34,789 nucleotides of DNA from an uncultured Clostridia bacterium (GTDB lineage Bacteria > Bacillota > Clostridia > Oscillospirales > Acutalibacteraceae), in the NCBI GenBank assembly GCA_947165115.1, contig CAMUZD010000001.1, forward strand, positions 1-34,789. The letters run 5' to 3'. The translations under genes were made by a program, and so were the position numbers. A model generated the notes under the pieces. It saw nothing but the letters and a program-made list of their open reading frames with translations. It was not told where the DNA came from and did no database searches. Of the stretch, positions 34,193-34,789 are shown in pieces; the first letter of the stretch is position 1, and each line of letters opens with the position of its first letter.

Positions 34193-34789
34193 TATAGGCG
34201 CATCTGTTCTTGCAAAATTGAGAAACAAGGCTAAAGAGACTGGCAGAAGCAACCAGCTTTGTATGCAGCTCTTTTGTCAGGAGGAATTTCTTAGGCGGCT
34301 TGAAAAATCAAAATACGCTGACAATTTTGTGCTTAAGGGCGGCTTATTTCTTTATACAATAACAGAATTTGACAGCCGCGTTACGGTAGATGTAGATTTT
34401 TTGTTGCGCAAGATTCCTAATACTCCTGAGAAACTTCGTGAGGTTATAAATGACGTTATTGAATCTGATACGACAAATGACTTCATCATGTTTGAGGTTA
34501 AGGATGTTTTGCCTATTTCTGTTAACAAACAGTATCCGGGAATTCATGCCGATATAGTGGCGCATATTAAAAATACTCGCACACCATTCGGAATTGATTT
34601 TGGTATTGGCGATATTATTGTGCCCGGTGCTGAAAAACGAAAGATTCCAACTCAGCTTGATGATTTTCCGTTACCCACCATTAACACATATTCTATTGAG
34701 ACAACTGTAGCCGAAAAGCTTGATGCTATTCTGAGTCTTATGGAATTCTCAAGCAGAATGAAAGACTATTATGATATTTACTACCTTGC
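34185..34789 (+). CDS. abiEii: AbiEii/AbiGii-family nucleotidyltransferase toxin, partial (runs off the right edge)
   Basis: Absent from the ORF track. Translation from ATG 34185: MADIGASVLAKLRNKAKE...QEEFLRRL...FVLKGGL...SRVTVDVDF...AEKLDAI...SRMKDYYDIY. Confidence 0.9.
   Translation, partial: MADIGASVLAKLRNKAKETGRSNQLCMQLFCQEEFLRRLEKSKYADNFVLKGGLFLYTITEFDSRVTVDVDFLLRKIPNTPEKLREVINDVIESDTTNDFIMFEVKDVLPISVNKQYPGIHADIVAHIKNTRTPFGIDFGIGDIIVPGAEKRKIPTQLDDFPLPTINTYSIETTVAEKLDAILSLMEFSSRMKDYYDIYYL

Noticed and set aside
386-34565. Numerous 60-160 aa ORFs overlapping the long genes (e.g. 15610-16083, 16136-16462, 26342-26689, 34344-34565)
   Set aside because: Antisense or out-of-frame shadows of well-supported CDSs, with no recognisable motifs.
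1-34789. CRISPR array, tRNA/rRNA, IS element, integrase, or T6SS/T7SS genes
   Set aside because: No regularly spaced repeat-spacer array or recognisable motifs seen. Both full-length Rhs proteins have Sec-type signal peptides, so no dedicated secretion system is needed.

Overview
An AT-rich accessory region from a Bacillota genome, probably Clostridia, built around a split and partly duplicated agr-type quorum-sensing locus. Three unannotated agrD-like propeptide genes (12390-12545, 26263-26418, 27758-27913; minus strand) share the core NSTTCTAIYQPK, and each heads a run of mostly exported proteins. Only the first is followed by an intact agrB; the other two are followed by truncated agrB fused to new cargo. 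A ~730-bp agrD-promoter-xre block occurs twice in direct orientation, 15.4 kb apart, separating intact agrB from agrA/agrC. The cargo comprises two large signal-peptide-bearing WapA-like Rhs/YD proteins, an orphan Rhs tip, two membrane immunity candidates, a multidomain S8 protease, a matrixin-like protease, a permuted NlpC/P60-ricin protein, a GNAT toxin-antitoxin-like pair and an AAA_14/DUF4143 ATPase. All three Rhs tips share one domain I cannot name ([ED]-[IL]-[FY]-A-H ... IW). Directly after agrC is a 955-aa YonO/RdRP-like two-barrel RNA polymerase homologue (RSPH ... NGCDYDSD) with no phage genes in view, followed by an AbiEi/AbiEii module that runs off the right edge. No rRNA, tRNA, CRISPR array, integrase or transposase was recognised. 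All family calls come from reading motifs by eye; no database searches were run.
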